Source of the DNA: Oscillospiraceae bacterium
GTDB taxonomy: Bacteria > Bacillota > Clostridia > Christensenellales > QALW01
Reading direction: 5' to 3'
DNA length: 64,000 bases
Assembly: GCA_022009755.1 (NCBI GenBank)
Contig: CP091722.1
Location: forward strand, 1,092,098-1,156,097
Shown here: positions 18,767 through 30,564 of the stretch, piece after piece
How the letters are laid out: the number at the start of each line of letters is the position of its first letter
Position numbering within the stretch: position 1 is the first letter of the stretch
Translations under genes and position numbers: made by a program
Notes under the pieces: generated by a model
The model's input: the letters and a program-made list of their open reading frames with translations, nothing else
The model's database searches: none
What the model was told of the DNA's origin: nothing

Positions 18767-20639
18767 GCCCGTTTATTACGCAAAACGATCTTGGATCCAG
18801 CCAAAGATACACTCCCTGCTCCCTCTGCTTAAGCTCGCATACGCCGTTTGAAAGCAGTATCTCTCCCCCGTCCATAAGGGAAAAATCCAATATCTGTTCC
18901 AGCGGGTCGTCCGATGGATTTATTATTCCCACAACCTTATCCTGCCCGCTGCCCCGCTGTATGCACAGCGCGCTGCCGGCAGCGCAAAGCCGCAGCTCTG
19001 CCCCAAAAGTGCGCCTGATACGGGACATTTCGGCTATCAGCTTCTGAAAGCCTGCCGTGTTCCATTGCTTGGGCGCACGGTTAAACGGGTCGGAACAGCC
19101 CTGCATATAGTCCTCGTCTCCGTAATAAATGCAGGGGATGCCGGGCAGCATAAACAGTATTGCATATGCCAGCTCTTCAAGCTCCCGCGCGCGTATTTCC
19201 GCAAGCGGCGAAAGGGCAAAATTTGCCGCCTGCTCCCTTGTAAGCCCCTCCGGCGCTCCGCCCAGAGCCGTGCATGCCCGCACCGTATCGTGCGTGGAGA
19301 CAAAATTCATGGTGCAGGCAAAGCTTTGAGGCGGATAGTTCTCCTTAAGCGATTCCACCCTGCGCACAAACAGCGCCGCATTGCCGTATTGAAGGTATTC
19401 AAGCAGTGCGCTGCGCAGGGGGTAGTTCATTACGCTGTCCAGCTGCGCGCCCTGAAGGTAGGGACGCAAACGGGAATAGCTCTCCTTGCGGGAGGCATCC
19501 TCCCAAACCTCGCCTATAATAAGCGCGTCGGGACACTCGTTTTTTACCTGATGCCGCAGCTCGAAGAGAAATTCATCGGGCAGCTCGTCCGCCACATCCA
19601 GCCGCCAGCCCGAAGCCCCGGCGCGCAGCCAGCGCTTGATTATTGCATCGGGGGAGCGCAGGATATAATCCATATAGCTCGGCTCGGTCTCCTTTACGCA
19701 AGGCAGCGACCACACGCCCCACCAACAATCGTATTTGTCCGGATAGTGCTCAAAGCTGTACCACGGGTAATAGGGGCTGCTTTTGCTGCATGCGGCTCCG
19801 ACATCGGGATAGGTGCCGTTTTTGTTGAAATAGCGGCTGTCGCTTCCCGTATGAGAGAATACGCCATCCAGAATTATGCGCATTCCACGCTCATGTGCTT
19901 TTGTGCACATATGTGCAAATTCTTCATTTGTGCCAAGCAACGGGTCGGTATTTTCGTAATCGCCGGTATCATAGCGGTGATTGGAATAGGCTTTGAATAT
20001 GGGATTCAGATATACTGTATTTATCCCCATAGCCACAAGATAATCAAGCCTTTGTTCTATTCCGGCAAAATCGCCGCCGTAAAAATCATCGGCGGCATAA
20101 TAATCCTTGCCCGGGCTTTCACGGTATTCCGGCGCAGAAGCCCAGTCCTTATGCATTCTGCGCCCCAAGCTCTTCCCGCGACCCGCAGCCGACAAGGAGG
20201 CGTTGAACCTGTCGGGAAAAATCTGATACATTACGGCATCGGCGCACCATGCGGGAGTTTTATAATCCTGCGAATAAAAGGTGATACAGAAGGAGCGGAG
20301 CGTATCGCACACCGCCGTAAGCTCACCTTCACCGCCCAGCATATCCGGTGCGTTAAGATAATACAGCGTCTGCCCGTCCTGCTTTTCAAGAAGAAAATAG
20401 TAGCACAGCAGGCAGGGTTCCGCTCTGCTGACCTGCGCAGAAAAGCAGCGCTCCCCCGGTATCATCTCCGTTATATGCTCCCTGCCGTCCCACAGCCGAA
20501 GGTATGCCTTTGCAAAGCCGGGGGCATACAGGGAAAGGGTTACCGCCGTTCCCTGCGGAACAGCCCCGCCGGGGCTGCGGAAAAACGGGCTGCGGGAATC
20601 GTGCAGCACCGCTGCCTTCAGAGCTGCTTGAGATTCCAT
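18753..20639 (-). CDS. GH13 alpha-amylase family enzyme (neopullulanase/cyclomaltodextrinase-like)
   Basis: GH13 conserved regions GWRLDVADELP (nucleophile Asp), GEVWED (acid/base Glu) and FVSTHDT. It is the last gene of the glycogen operon, and its start overlaps the glgP stop. Confidence 0.85.
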   Translation of the reverse strand: MESQAALKAAVLHDSRSPFFRSPGGAVPQGTAVTLSLYAPGFAKAYLRLWDGREHITEMIPGERCFSAQVSRAEPCLLCYYFLLEKQDGQTLYYLNAPDMLGGEGELTAVCDTLRSFCITFYSQDYKTPAWCADAVMYQIFPDRFNASLSAAGRGKSLGRRMHKDWASAPEYRESPGKDYYAADDFYGGDFAGIEQRLDYLVAMGINTVYLNPIFKAYSNHRYDTGDYENTDPLLGTNEEFAHMCTKAHERGMRIILDGVFSHTGSDSRYFNKNGTYPDVGAACSKSSPYYPWYSFEHYPDKYDCWWGVWSLPCVKETEPSYMDYILRSPDAIIKRWLRAGASGWRLDVADELPDEFLFELRHQVKNECPDALIIGEVWEDASRKESYSRLRPYLQGAQLDSVMNYPLRSALLEYLQYGNAALFVRRVESLKENYPPQSFACTMNFVSTHDTVRACTALGGAPEGLTREQAANFALSPLAEIRARELEELAYAILFMLPGIPCIYYGDEDYMQGCSDPFNRAPKQWNTAGFQKLIAEMSRIRRTFGAELRLCAAGSALCIQRGSGQDKVVGIINPSDDPLEQILDFSLMDGGEILLSNGVCELKQREQGVYLWLDPRSFCVINGQKTH

Positions 20640-23029
20640 ATTTTTTCGTTATATTCTCCGATACTGCGGTCCGAAGAAAAATACCACGAACGCGCTATAT
20701 TTATCAGGCTCTTTTTTGTCCACTCGCGGCTGCCGTAAAGGGCTTCCGCCTGCTCCATTGCGCAGGCATAGGAATCGAAATCCTTAAGGCACAGGTACGG
20801 GTCGGCATAGCCGCCGTCGCCGTTAAGAAGATAAGCCTTAAGGCTTGCCACCGGGCCTTTGAGCGTGCCGTCCGCAAGAGCGTCCACGACCCTGCGCAGC
20901 CGGATATCGCCGTTATAGTATTCCTGCGGATTGTAGCCCGCAGCATACACCCCGCTTACCTCCTGCGCGTTCATGCCGAATATGAAAATGTTGTCCTCCC
21001 CCAGCAGCCTGTGCATTTCCACATTGGCGCCGTCCATGGTGCCTACGGTGAGCGCGCCGTTCATCATGAATTTCATATTTCCCGTGCCGCTTGCTTCTTT
21101 TCCGGCAAGGGATATCTGCTGACTTATATCCGATGCGGGGATTATCACCTGCGCGCTGCTGACGCCGTAGTTTTCCACAAAAACCACTTTGAGCACATCG
21201 CGCGTACGCGGGTCGGAGCTTACAAGGTCGGCAACGGAGCATATAAGGGATATGATCTGTTTTGCCCTGACATAGCCCGGCGAGGCCTTGGCGCCGAAAA
21301 TAAAGGTGTGCTTTTTATGCTGCACTCCGTTTTGCGTTATATCAAAATACAAATGCAGGATATGCAGGACATTAAGCAGCTGACGCTTATATTCGTGCAG
21401 GCGCTTTACCTGGATATCAAATATGGAATCCGGGTCCACCGTAATGCCTTCGGTGCGCTTTATATATTCCGCAAGGCGAAGCTTATTGTTTTTCTTTATT
21501 CTTTCCAGCTCATCAAGGAAGCCGTCGGAGGTTATCTGCTGCTCAAGCCGGGCAATGCGCGGCATATCGTTTACCCATTCGGAAGTGCCCAAGGTTCCGC
21601 TTATAAGCTGCGAAAGCTCCGGGTTTGACTGAAGCAGCCAGCGCCGCGGGGTTATGCCGTTTGTTACGGGGATGATCTTATCGGGATAGAGCTGATTGAA
21701 ATCCCGGAAAAGATTATTTTTAAGGATCTCGGTGTGAAGAAGCGACACTCCGTTTACCTTATGGCACACCGCAAGACACAGATTTGCCATGCGCACCTGT
21801 GAAAAGGCGATGGGCGCCATGTTCTGACACTGCTGCTCGGTTTTACCCTGACAGAAGCGCCGGTTTATCTCGCAGATTATCATATAGATGCGGGGAAGCA
21901 TGTTTTCCATAAGATAACAGGGCCATTTTTCCAGCGCCTCGCTCATTATGGTGTGGTTTGTGTAGGAAAACACCCGCGAGCAGATATCAAAGGCCTCGTC
22001 CCACTCCAGACGCTCCTGATCCACAAGCAGGCGCATAAGCTCGGCTATGGCAATGGCAGGGTGGGTATCGTTTATCTGCACGGCGGCGTAATCAGGCAAA
22101 TCCCGCACGGAAAGCCCCAGCTTTTTATGGCGGGAGAGCATATACTGCAGAGTCGCGCTTGTAAAGAAATACTGCTGCTGAAGGCGCAGGCTTTTGCCGG
22201 CGTTATGGGAATCATTGGGATAAAGCACTCGCGATATGGTTTCCGCCAGCTCCTTTTCCGCCGATGCGCGGATATAATCGCCCTGTCCGAAATAGTTCAT
22301 ATCAAAATACTGCGGGGAACGCGCGCTCCAAATGCGCAGGGTATTTGCAGCGCCGGAGCGGAAGCCCATGATCGGGATATCATAGGGCATGGCAATGACC
22401 TTATTGGCGTTTTCTATGCTGTGGCACAGCCAGCCTGTTTCATCGGTATATTCCCGCACCTGCCCGTAAAAAAGCACCTCAAACTGCTCCTCGGGGCGGG
22501 CTATCTCCCAGCTGCATCCGTTTTCCAGCCAGTTATCCGGCATTTCTATTTGCTGTCCGTCCACAATCTTTTGACGGAAAAGGCCGTAATCGTAGCGTAT
22601 ACCGCAGCCCATGGCGGGCAGCCCCATTGACGCCAGAGAATCCATAAAGCAGGCGGCAAGCCGTCCCAGACCGCCGTTGCCAAGACCGGCATCCTGCTCT
22701 ACCTCCTCGATCTGCTCAAGGTTTATGCCTATATCGGCAAGCGCGCTTTTATAAAGATTGTACTTTTCCAGTGCTATCAGGTTGCCCGCAAGGAATTTGC
22801 CCATGAGAAATTCCAGCGACAGATAATAAAGCACCTTGCTTTTATTATCCTCGGCGCGCCGCATGGCGGACTGCCAATAGTCCATTATTTCGTCTCTTAC
22901 CGCCATTGAAACGGCTTTATACAGCTGAAGCGGCGTAGCCTCCTTTGGGGTGCGGCCGAAATGCCGGCGCAGCTTTCCCAGCACGCACTGTTTTACCGCC
23001 TCGCGCTCATAATCGTATTGTTCTTCCAT
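20618..23029 (-). CDS. glgP: Glycogen/maltodextrin phosphorylase
   Basis: Pyridoxal-phosphate lysine motif EASGTGNMKFMMNGALTVGTMDGANVE. The 803-aa ORF is intact. Confidence 0.95.
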   Translation of the reverse strand: MEEQYDYEREAVKQCVLGKLRRHFGRTPKEATPLQLYKAVSMAVRDEIMDYWQSAMRRAEDNKSKVLYYLSLEFLMGKFLAGNLIALEKYNLYKSALADIGINLEQIEEVEQDAGLGNGGLGRLAACFMDSLASMGLPAMGCGIRYDYGLFRQKIVDGQQIEMPDNWLENGCSWEIARPEEQFEVLFYGQVREYTDETGWLCHSIENANKVIAMPYDIPIMGFRSGAANTLRIWSARSPQYFDMNYFGQGDYIRASAEKELAETISRVLYPNDSHNAGKSLRLQQQYFFTSATLQYMLSRHKKLGLSVRDLPDYAAVQINDTHPAIAIAELMRLLVDQERLEWDEAFDICSRVFSYTNHTIMSEALEKWPCYLMENMLPRIYMIICEINRRFCQGKTEQQCQNMAPIAFSQVRMANLCLAVCHKVNGVSLLHTEILKNNLFRDFNQLYPDKIIPVTNGITPRRWLLQSNPELSQLISGTLGTSEWVNDMPRIARLEQQITSDGFLDELERIKKNNKLRLAEYIKRTEGITVDPDSIFDIQVKRLHEYKRQLLNVLHILHLYFDITQNGVQHKKHTFIFGAKASPGYVRAKQIISLICSVADLVSSDPRTRDVLKVVFVENYGVSSAQVIIPASDISQQISLAGKEASGTGNMKFMMNGALTVGTMDGANVEMHRLLGEDNIFIFGMNAQEVSGVYAAGYNPQEYYNGDIRLRRVVDALADGTLKGPVASLKAYLLNGDGGYADPYLCLKDFDSYACAMEQAEALYGSREWTKKSLINIARSWYFSSDRSIGEYNEKIWNLKQL

Positions 23030-23131
23030 GTGTGTGAATATCCTTTCAAAGATGCTTGCCGTTTTTTCTGCACGGATGCATAAAGGTTTTTATAAAACCG
23101 CCTAAACCGCTCTCACCTTAATCGCAAGGCT

Positions 23132-24554
23132 TCAGGCCTTTATAAGGCTGCGATAGAGCGCTTTATATTCCTTTGCGCTTTTTTTCCATGAGTTATCGGC
23201 CGTCATTGCGTTATATATCAGTTTTTCCTTTGCAGCGCCGTCCTTAACGGTTTCCAGCGCAAAGCGTATTGTGTACGCCATATCGTGGGCATTGAAATTT
23301 TCAAAGGCGAAGCCGTCCCCCGTACCCTCATAACGGTTATAGGGATGCACGGTATCGGCAAGCCCGCCCGTAAGACGCACTATGGGCAGAGTGCCGTAGC
23401 GCATGGCTATCATCTGGCTTAAGCCGCAGGGCTCAAAGCGAGGGCATAAGCAGCAGGTCGGCACCGGCATATATGCGGTGCGCCAAGGCATTGTCAAAGC
23501 CGATAACAGCCCTTACGCGCTTATTATACCACTGCTGCGCATTTTGGAAAAGCGTTTCGTAGCCGCGATCCCCGCTGCCCAGAACAATGAAACGAAAATC
23601 ATCCGAAAGCAGCAGCTCGTGCAGCATTCTCTCCACAAGGGCAAGCCCTTTCTGCTCATACAGTCTGCCCACCATGGCTATTATCGGGCTGTGGGAGCGC
23701 TCCAGACCCAGCTCGTCCTCCAGCGCTTCGCGGCATTTTTCCTTGCCCGATATATCATCGGCACTGTAATGTGCGGCAATGAGCGGGTCGGTTTGCGGGT
23801 TGTATTCGTTATAATCAATGCCGTTCAGTATACCGATATAGTCTTTATCGCGGCTGCGCAGCACTCCGTCCATTCTTTCGCCGTAAAACTCCGTTTTGGT
23901 TTCCTGCGCATAGGTACGGCTGACGGTAGTGAGCTTATCCGCAAACACAAGCCCGCCCTTTATAAAGGAGGCTCCGCCGTAGAATTCAAGGCCCTTGCTT
24001 GTAAAGAGGGAATCGTCAAAGCCCATGAGATCCTTGAGCAGCTCTATGCCGTATATACCCTGATATTTGAGATTATGAATTGTGAACACTGTTTTTATAT
24101 TAAGATGGGCAAAGCGGGTTTTAAGCAGCACGGGAATAAGCCCAGTCTGCCAATCGTGACAGTGCAGGATGTCGGGCTTAAAGCCCATAAGGGGCAAAAG
24201 CTCCAGCACCGCCAGCGAAAAGAAGGCATATTTTTCCGCCTCGCCCTCCATATAGCCGTATACACGGTCGCCGCCGAAATAGTATTCGTTATCGATAAAA
24301 TAATATGTGATGCCGTCCCTTACAAGGGAAAACAGTCCGGCATACTGCCTTCTCCACCCCATTGCAATATATGTGCTGCCCAAAAAAACGGCATCTTTCA
24401 TAAGCTCCGGACGGATAACGCGGTATTTGGGCATTACTACCCGCGTTTCCACTCTCTCCCTTCGCAGTGCGCCGGGCAGAGAGCCGGTAACATCCGCAAG
24501 CCCTCCCACCTTTGCAAAGGGGCTGACCTCGCTTGCCGCAAATAAAACCTTCAT
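23132..24554 (-). CDS. glgA: Glycogen synthase; one apparent frameshift
   Basis: N-terminal MKVLFAASEVSPFAKVGGLADV motif. ATG 24554 is preceded by AAGGAG. ORFs 24593-23433 and 23497-23132 overlap at the break. Confidence 0.9.
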
Positions 24555-24723
24555 AAAAAATATCTCCTTAAAATGTCGTTTGCCGTGCCGCAAAAGGGCG
24601 CAAGGCTCGCTTTTTTCCGCTGCACGGCCGCGCCGCTTTTACGGTACCGCCGCACTTATTGCGCCTGCTCAAAAGCAGCTTTTCTTTGAAAAGAGCGGTC
24701 CGCAGCGCGGCCCGCCTTTTGTT

Positions 24724-25819
24724 TTATACCACTACATTTTTTCCTATGATAACTGGGAAGCTTTCCTGCCCGCCTATACGCTTGCCCTGACCCACGGTTA
24801 CGCCTTTATCCAGCACTGCGTAATCCAAAGCAACATCACGCTGTATGACGGAATTCTGCATTACTATGCTGTTTGTAACAACAGCGCCCTTTGCTATGTG
24901 CACGCCGCGGAAGATTATGCTTCTTTCCACTCTGCCCTCAATACGGCAGCCGTCCGCAATTACGCTGTCCTCCACCACCGCGGAGTCGGAATAATAGGTG
25001 GGCACGGTGTCCTTTACCTTGGTGTAGATAAAATTCTCGTTGAAAAACAGCTCCTTGCGCACCGAGGCCTCCAGCATCTGCATATTGCAGTGATAATAGG
25101 CGTTTACGCTGTCGATCTTGCCCGCATAGCCGTCGTAGCGAAAGGCGCCGATGTTCATTTTGCCGATATTGCGCACCAGCACATCCATGAGAAAATCGTG
25201 CAGCCCCCGTCCGTAGCAGTAGGCTATCTGTCTGCACAGAAGCTCCTTTTCCATAAAGTATATGCCCAGCAGCCTTGCGCACTGCTCCGGGCGCTCGGGG
25301 TGCGCCTCGATATCGGTGACGCGGTCGTTTTCCACCGATATGCGCGCGCCGCAGGAATTGCACAGCCCGTAATTGTACATAACGGTTATATCCGCGCCGG
25401 AATCAATGTGGGCCTGCTGCAAGGCCTCAAAGCGGGGGTTATAAAGGATATCGCCGTGGGCGATGAGCACATATTTGTTTTGAATGCTCCAAAAAGGTTT
25501 TAATACCGTGCAGAACATCCATATCGCCGCGGTACTGCTCTCCGCCCTGAATATAAGGAGGCAGTATTCGCAGGCCGTACAGCTTGCGGTTAAGATCCCA
25601 CTCCTTGCCCGAACCGAGATGATCCATAAGGGAACGGTAGTTGCTTCTTGTGGTTACCCCGACATTGCTTATGCCGGAATTGACCATGCCCGAAAGGGTA
25701 AAATCTATAAGGCGGTATCTGCCTGCAACAGGCAGCGCCGCTACGGAACGCACGCGCGTAAGCTCCGCAAGGCGTGCATCGTTATCACCCGTCATTATTA
25801 TTCCAACAGTATCCGTCAT
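24724..25819 (-). CDS. glgD: Glucose-1-phosphate adenylyltransferase regulatory subunit GlgD; one apparent frameshift
   Basis: GlgC-like fold without the GGxGxRL motif (IIMTGDNDARLAELTRVRSVAALPVAGRYRLIDFTLS), with left-handed beta-helix repeats at the C-terminus. It lies between glgC and glgA, as in Bacillus-type operons. The break is within 25439-25518. Confidence 0.85.
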
Positions 25820-25896
25820 TTCTCCCGCGCCTGAAAACGGCACTCCCTCCAAAAATATTGCCGCAGCGATTGCCGCGCGCATTTTCAGTTTTATAT

Positions 25897-27129
25897 TCAG
25901 CAGTGCGTAAGCTCGCCTGGCTCCACATCAAATTCCAGCATGACGCCCCATGGCACGCGCGCCTGCGGCGCGACGCTTATTCCCTTGCCCACAAGGGTTA
26001 TGCCCTCATCGCACAAGGGGCTGGGCTCCCGGTTTATATTGCCCTCACGACAGCCGATAAATGCGTTTTCCCCCACCACGGCGCGTTCGCCTATGACGGC
26101 GTTTCGCACGGTTGCTCCCCTGCACAGATGTGCATACGGCAGTATTATTGAGTTTCCACCGTTACTCCGTCCTCAATATTCACGCCGGTGAAAACCACGG
26201 AGTGAAAAACATCGCCTGCAATGTAGCAGCCCTCGGTTATGCAGGAATCGGTTATATGCGCGCCTTTTTTAACATATTGAGGCGGCATTCCCGCAGTACG
26301 GGAATAGATGCGCCAAGAGTCATCGCGAAGATCCAGCACCGGTCTTTCGCCCAGCATATCCATATTTGCCTCCCACAGGGAGCGCACGGTTCCGACATCC
26401 TTCCAATAGCCGTCGAAGGCGTAGGCATACATGCCGCAGCCGTCGGAGAGCATTGCGGGAATGACATCCTTGCCGAAATCGTTGGAGGAGGACACATTGC
26501 TTTCGTCCATGGTAAGGTACTTTTAAGCACGCTCCAACGGAATATGTACACGCCCATGCTGGCCAAAGTGCTTTTGGGCTGCTTGGGCTTTTCGGTGAAA
26601 TCGTATATTCTGCCCTCCGCATCGGCGCTCATAATGCCGTAGCGGCTTGCCTCCTTAAGGGGGACATTTATGACCGCTATGGTAGCATCCGCATTCTTGG
26701 AGATATGATATCTGAGCATTTCCGATAATCCATTTTGTATATATGATCGCCCGAAAGGATAAGCACATATTCCGGGCGGAACTGCTCGATAAATTCGGTA
26801 TTTTGGTATATAGCATTTGCCGTGCCCTTATACCACTCCCCCTTATTGCCCCGTACAAACGGGGGCAGAACATAGACGCCGCCGTTTGTGCGGTCCATAT
26901 CCCAGGGCTGTCCGCTCCCGATATAGGTATTAAGCTCAAGGGGCTGATACTGTGTAAGCACCCCGACGGTGGTTATGGAGGAGTTTGCACAGTTGGACAG
27001 CGGAAAATCTATAATGCGGTATTTTCCGCCGAAGGGAACCGCCGGCTTTGCCACCGTAGTGGTAAGAGCGCCCAGACGGCTGCCCTGCCCGCCGGCCAGT
27101 ATCATGGCAACGCATTGTGAATGCATCAT
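25897..27129 (-). CDS. glgC: Glucose-1-phosphate adenylyltransferase; three apparent frameshifts
   Basis: [14 protein letters not shown] and [15 protein letters not shown] motifs. Four ORF fragments (27129-26677, 26719-26252, 26510-26145, 26109-25897) are collinear with GlgC. Confidence 0.9.
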
Positions 27130-27225
27130 AAAAACATATGTGTCCTTTCAGTATTTCATGTAACGCCGCAAAATCAGCAGCGCACGGCCGCGGAGAAATC
27201 CGCGGCTGTGCCTGCATATGCCCGA

Positions 27226-29145
27226 TCAATCGGTTCTTTTGTATATCAGCACGCTAAGCCCCGGCAGATTCAGTCGCAGGCGGTTCTTATGCCCTGCCGT
27301 TTCGTGTTCATCGGTTTCCGCAGATTCAACAGCCTCAAAGCCGCTGCCGCCGAAGGCTTTATCCTCACTGGAGAGCACAAGCTCCCACGCGCTTTGCTCC
27401 GGCATGCCCACCCAGTAGTCATAGCGCTCCACGGGAGTCATATTAACGGCAATGAGCAGCTGCTCCGTGCCGCATTTGCGAAGGAAGGTGAACACGCTGG
27501 CCGCCGCATCATCGGCATTGCACCAAACAAAGCCCTCCCACGAGGTATCCTCCGCCCAAAGCGCGGGATTGCTTCTGTACAGCCGGTTAAGGGCGCGCAC
27601 AAAGGAATATATACCGCGGTGAGTTTCGTACCGAAGCAGCTCCCATTCGATATCTTCGTAGTAGCGCCACTCCATGAACTGCCCCAATTCCGTGCCCATA
27701 AAGAGCAGCTTTTTCCCGGGGTGTGCGTACATATAGCCAAGGTAGGCCTTAAGGGAGGCAAACTTCTGCCAATAATCGCCGTTCATTTTATCCAAAATGG
27801 TTTTTTTGCCGTGTACGCACTCATCATGGGACAGGGGCAAAATAAAGTTTTCGTTGAAGGCATACATCATGGAAAAGGTCATAAGCCCGTGTCTGCCGCT
27901 GCGGAAAAGAGGATCGGTTTCCATATATCTGAGGGTATCGTTCATCCAGCCCATATTCCACTTAAAGCCGAAGCCGAGCCCCCCGTCGGACACGGGGGCG
28001 GTTACGCGCGGATAATCCGTTGATTCCTCCGCCACCATTATTGCATTGGGGAAGCGTGCGTATACCTCGGTATTCAGGCGCTTTATGAACTCCACCGCGG
28101 CAAGGTTTTCCCGCCCGCCGTGCTCGTTGGGCGTCCACTCGCCGTCCCGCGCGCCGTAATCAAGATAGAGCATGCAGGACACGGCGTCCACGCGCAGTCC
28201 GTCCAGATGATACTCGCTGAGCCAGTAAAGAGCATTTGAGATAAGGAAGGAGCGAACCTCCGGCCTTTCCAGATTGAATTTAAGCGTGCCCCACTGCTTT
28301 TGATCGCCGCGGTCGCCCTCCGCCTCATAAAGCGCAGTGCCGTCAAAGCGGGCAAGACCGTGTTCATCCCGGCTGAAATGTGCGGGAACCCAGTCCATAA
28401 TAACTCCGATGCCCTTGGCATGCAGCGTGTCCACAAAGTATTTGAAGTCCTCCGGCGTACCGTAGCGGGAGGTGGGGGCATAAAAGCCGGTTACCTGATA
28501 GCCCCATGAGCCGTCATAGGGATGCTCGGCCAGCGGCAGCAGCTCCACATGCGTATAGCCGTTATCCTGAGCATAGGCGGCAAGCTTGTCCGCTATATCG
28601 CGATAGGAGAGCATTTCGCCCTTTTCCGAACGCACCCAGGAGCCAAGATGCAGCTCATAAATGCTCATGGGTTCATTATACGGCGCCTTGCCGTGCTTTA
28701 TGCGATATACTCCGTCGTGCCATTTATAATCGTCATACCATGTGCGGCTGGCCGTTTCGGGACGGAGCTGAGCAAAGCGCGCAAAGGGGTCGGCCTTATA
28801 ATGCACGCTGCCGTCACGGTGCTCCAGCGTAAACTTGTAGGTCCAGCCCACGCCGATATCCGCGATATATTTTTCCCAGATGCCGCTGTCGCCCACAGGC
28901 TGCATTGCATCCGCTCCCGGCTGCCAGTCGTTCCAGTCGCCTACCACGCTTACGCGCACGGCATTGGGCGCCCATACGGCAAAATAATAGCCGTCAATCT
29001 GCCCTGTACTGTTAAAAACGGGACGCGCTCCGAGCATATTATATGCTTCAAAGTGCGTCCCTTGACGGAACAAATAAACATCAAGCGGGCCTATGAGCCT
29101 GCCTTCGTCTGTGCCGGGCTTCCAACCTTGCAAAGCTTTATCCAA
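27226..29145 (-). CDS. glgB: 1,4-alpha-glucan branching enzyme
   Basis: GH13 branching-enzyme regions GLRVDAVSCMLYLDY, MVAEESTDYP and LPLSHDE. The 639-aa ORF is intact. Confidence 0.95.
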   Translation of the reverse strand: MDKALQGWKPGTDEGRLIGPLDVYLFRQGTHFEAYNMLGARPVFNSTGQIDGYYFAVWAPNAVRVSVVGDWNDWQPGADAMQPVGDSGIWEKYIADIGVGWTYKFTLEHRDGSVHYKADPFARFAQLRPETASRTWYDDYKWHDGVYRIKHGKAPYNEPMSIYELHLGSWVRSEKGEMLSYRDIADKLAAYAQDNGYTHVELLPLAEHPYDGSWGYQVTGFYAPTSRYGTPEDFKYFVDTLHAKGIGVIMDWVPAHFSRDEHGLARFDGTALYEAEGDRGDQKQWGTLKFNLERPEVRSFLISNALYWLSEYHLDGLRVDAVSCMLYLDYGARDGEWTPNEHGGRENLAAVEFIKRLNTEVYARFPNAIMVAEESTDYPRVTAPVSDGGLGFGFKWNMGWMNDTLRYMETDPLFRSGRHGLMTFSMMYAFNENFILPLSHDECVHGKKTILDKMNGDYWQKFASLKAYLGYMYAHPGKKLLFMGTELGQFMEWRYYEDIEWELLRYETHRGIYSFVRALNRLYRSNPALWAEDTSWEGFVWCNADDAAASVFTFLRKCGTEQLLIAVNMTPVERYDYWVGMPEQSAWELVLSSEDKAFGGSGFEAVESAETDEHETAGHKNRLRLNLPGLSVLIYKRTD

Positions 29146-29206
29146 ATAAAACGCCCCCTTATTTCATTATATCGCCAAGGGTCTGCCGCCCTTGAGCCTT
29201 TAGTTC

Positions 29207-29235
29207 AGTTTACCAAATCCGAGCCGTAAAGTCAA
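29207..29235 (-). promoter_or_regulatory. Candidate promoter of the glycogen operon
   Basis: On the minus strand: TTGACT (29235-29230), a 17-nt spacer, then TAAACT (29212-29207), preceded by TGG. Confidence 0.4.
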
Positions 29236-29498
29236 TACCGCTTAAGTAAAATAAATGAAAAAAATTCTCATCAGAAATTCAAAACGGTTTATTTTTCAGA
29301 GTTTTTTTCCCCATTCAAGGCGCGGATACACGAAAAAAAGCAGCACCGAAACAGGGCAAGGCGTTTGGCCGGATGCCGAACGCAGGCATTGACACCTTTG
29401 CGAAAAAGCATATAAAATATTCTAAATAAACAAAAAGCACCCCCGTGCCGCAAAATTGCAGGCTGCAGGCGCGGGGTGCGCAAAGAGTGAGAAATGAT

Positions 29499-30527
29499 AT
29501 GAAAAAGAAATTGAATTACAGCGTCATATCCTATCAGGCGGAGATGGCAAACGAGGCATTGGGCGAGCTGCTTACGGCGGACGGTCAGGCAAGCGCAGTG
29601 CCGCTTGATGAGGAAACGGCTTTGGCCGCCACCGTGCCGGATTTCGGCAGGCTTTGTGAAATTTTCCGGCGCAGGCCACCGGTTTTTATCCGGCATATTC
29701 ATCCGGCGGAGCAGACGGTGGAGCTGTGCGGTGAGAGGGAGCGCGACCTTGAGGTTCTGTGCAGCGCCGCCGAAAGCTTCAAGGAACGCGTAACGCAGAG
29801 ATACTCGGTGCAGTGCAGAATATTGGGCAAGCATGACGGCGGGCTTGCGCCCTTTGATATAAACAGCGCATTAAGCGCCGTGCTTGCCGCATCGGGGCAG
29901 GAATGCGATATCAAAAACCCGGTGCAGGTGCTGAGCGTTACCGCTGCAAACGGAAAAGCGTATATGGGCCTTTCCCTTGCAAAAGACAATCTTTCCTCCT
30001 GGGCCGGAGGAAGGATACGCTTCCGCAGGGAGGACGGGCAGCTTTCCCGCGCGGAATTCAAGCTGCTTGAGGCGGAACAGACCTTGGGCGTAGCACTGTT
30101 TCCGGGAGCACGGGTATTGGATCTGGGTGCCGCGCCCGGCGGCTGGAGCCGCATTGCGCTGGAGCGCGGCTGCTCGGTGGTGGCCGTGGACCCCGCAGAG
30201 CTTGATCCCGGTCTGCTTGCCCGCCGCGGTATAACGCATATAAAAAAGACGGCGCAGGAATACCTTGAAGCGCCGGAAAATGATTTTGATTTTATTCTTA
30301 ATGACATGCGGATGGCCCCTGAGGAATCGGCCGCGCTTATTGCGCGCTTTCAGCCCTGCCTTAAGTACAGAGGCACGGTGGTGCTGACCCTTAAGCTGTT
30401 CGGGGACAAGCCGCGCCGCCAGATGCTGCGTGCCCTTGACACGCTGGGCAACTATTACAGCATTGTGCATGTGCGCCAGCTGTTTCACAACCGAAGCGAG
30501 GTAACCGTTATTCTGCGCAAGGAATAG
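29499..30527 (+). CDS. THUMP-like / FtsJ-RlmM-like SAM-dependent RNA methyltransferase
   Basis: SAM site VLDLGAAPGGWS in the C-terminal half and a THUMP-like N-terminal half. ATG 29499 (MKKKLNYSV) is preferred over 29445. Confidence 0.7.
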   Translation: MKKKLNYSVISYQAEMANEALGELLTADGQASAVPLDEETALAATVPDFGRLCEIFRRRPPVFIRHIHPAEQTVELCGERERDLEVLCSAAESFKERVTQRYSVQCRILGKHDGGLAPFDINSALSAVLAASGQECDIKNPVQVLSVTAANGKAYMGLSLAKDNLSSWAGGRIRFRREDGQLSRAEFKLLEAEQTLGVALFPGARVLDLGAAPGGWSRIALERGCSVVAVDPAELDPGLLARRGITHIKKTAQEYLEAPENDFDFILNDMRMAPEESAALIARFQPCLKYRGTVVLTLKLFGDKPRRQMLRALDTLGNYYSIVHVRQLFHNRSEVTVILRKE

Positions 30528-30564
30528 ACTGCTGCGGCAAAAGCGCAAGATTCATAGAGCAGTT

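Noticed and set aside
19065-20738. Very long plus-strand ORF (557 aa). Similar long antisense ORFs occur at 5984..7039, 20504..21628, 23403..24545, 24307..25503, 45617..46615 and 49016..50077.
   Set aside because: Each lies exactly opposite a minus-strand gene with unmistakable family motifs (GH13, GRE, glgP, glgA, glgD, uvrC, M42 peptidase). Their translations are Arg/Ala/His-rich, low-complexity and lack motifs. Shadow ORFs of this kind are expected in GC-rich coding DNA.
29289-29834. Minus-strand 181-aa ORF upstream of glgB.
   Set aside because: It overlaps the 5' part of the well-supported plus-strand methyltransferase gene and the glg promoter region. Its translation is Arg/Leu-rich with no motifs and no RBS.
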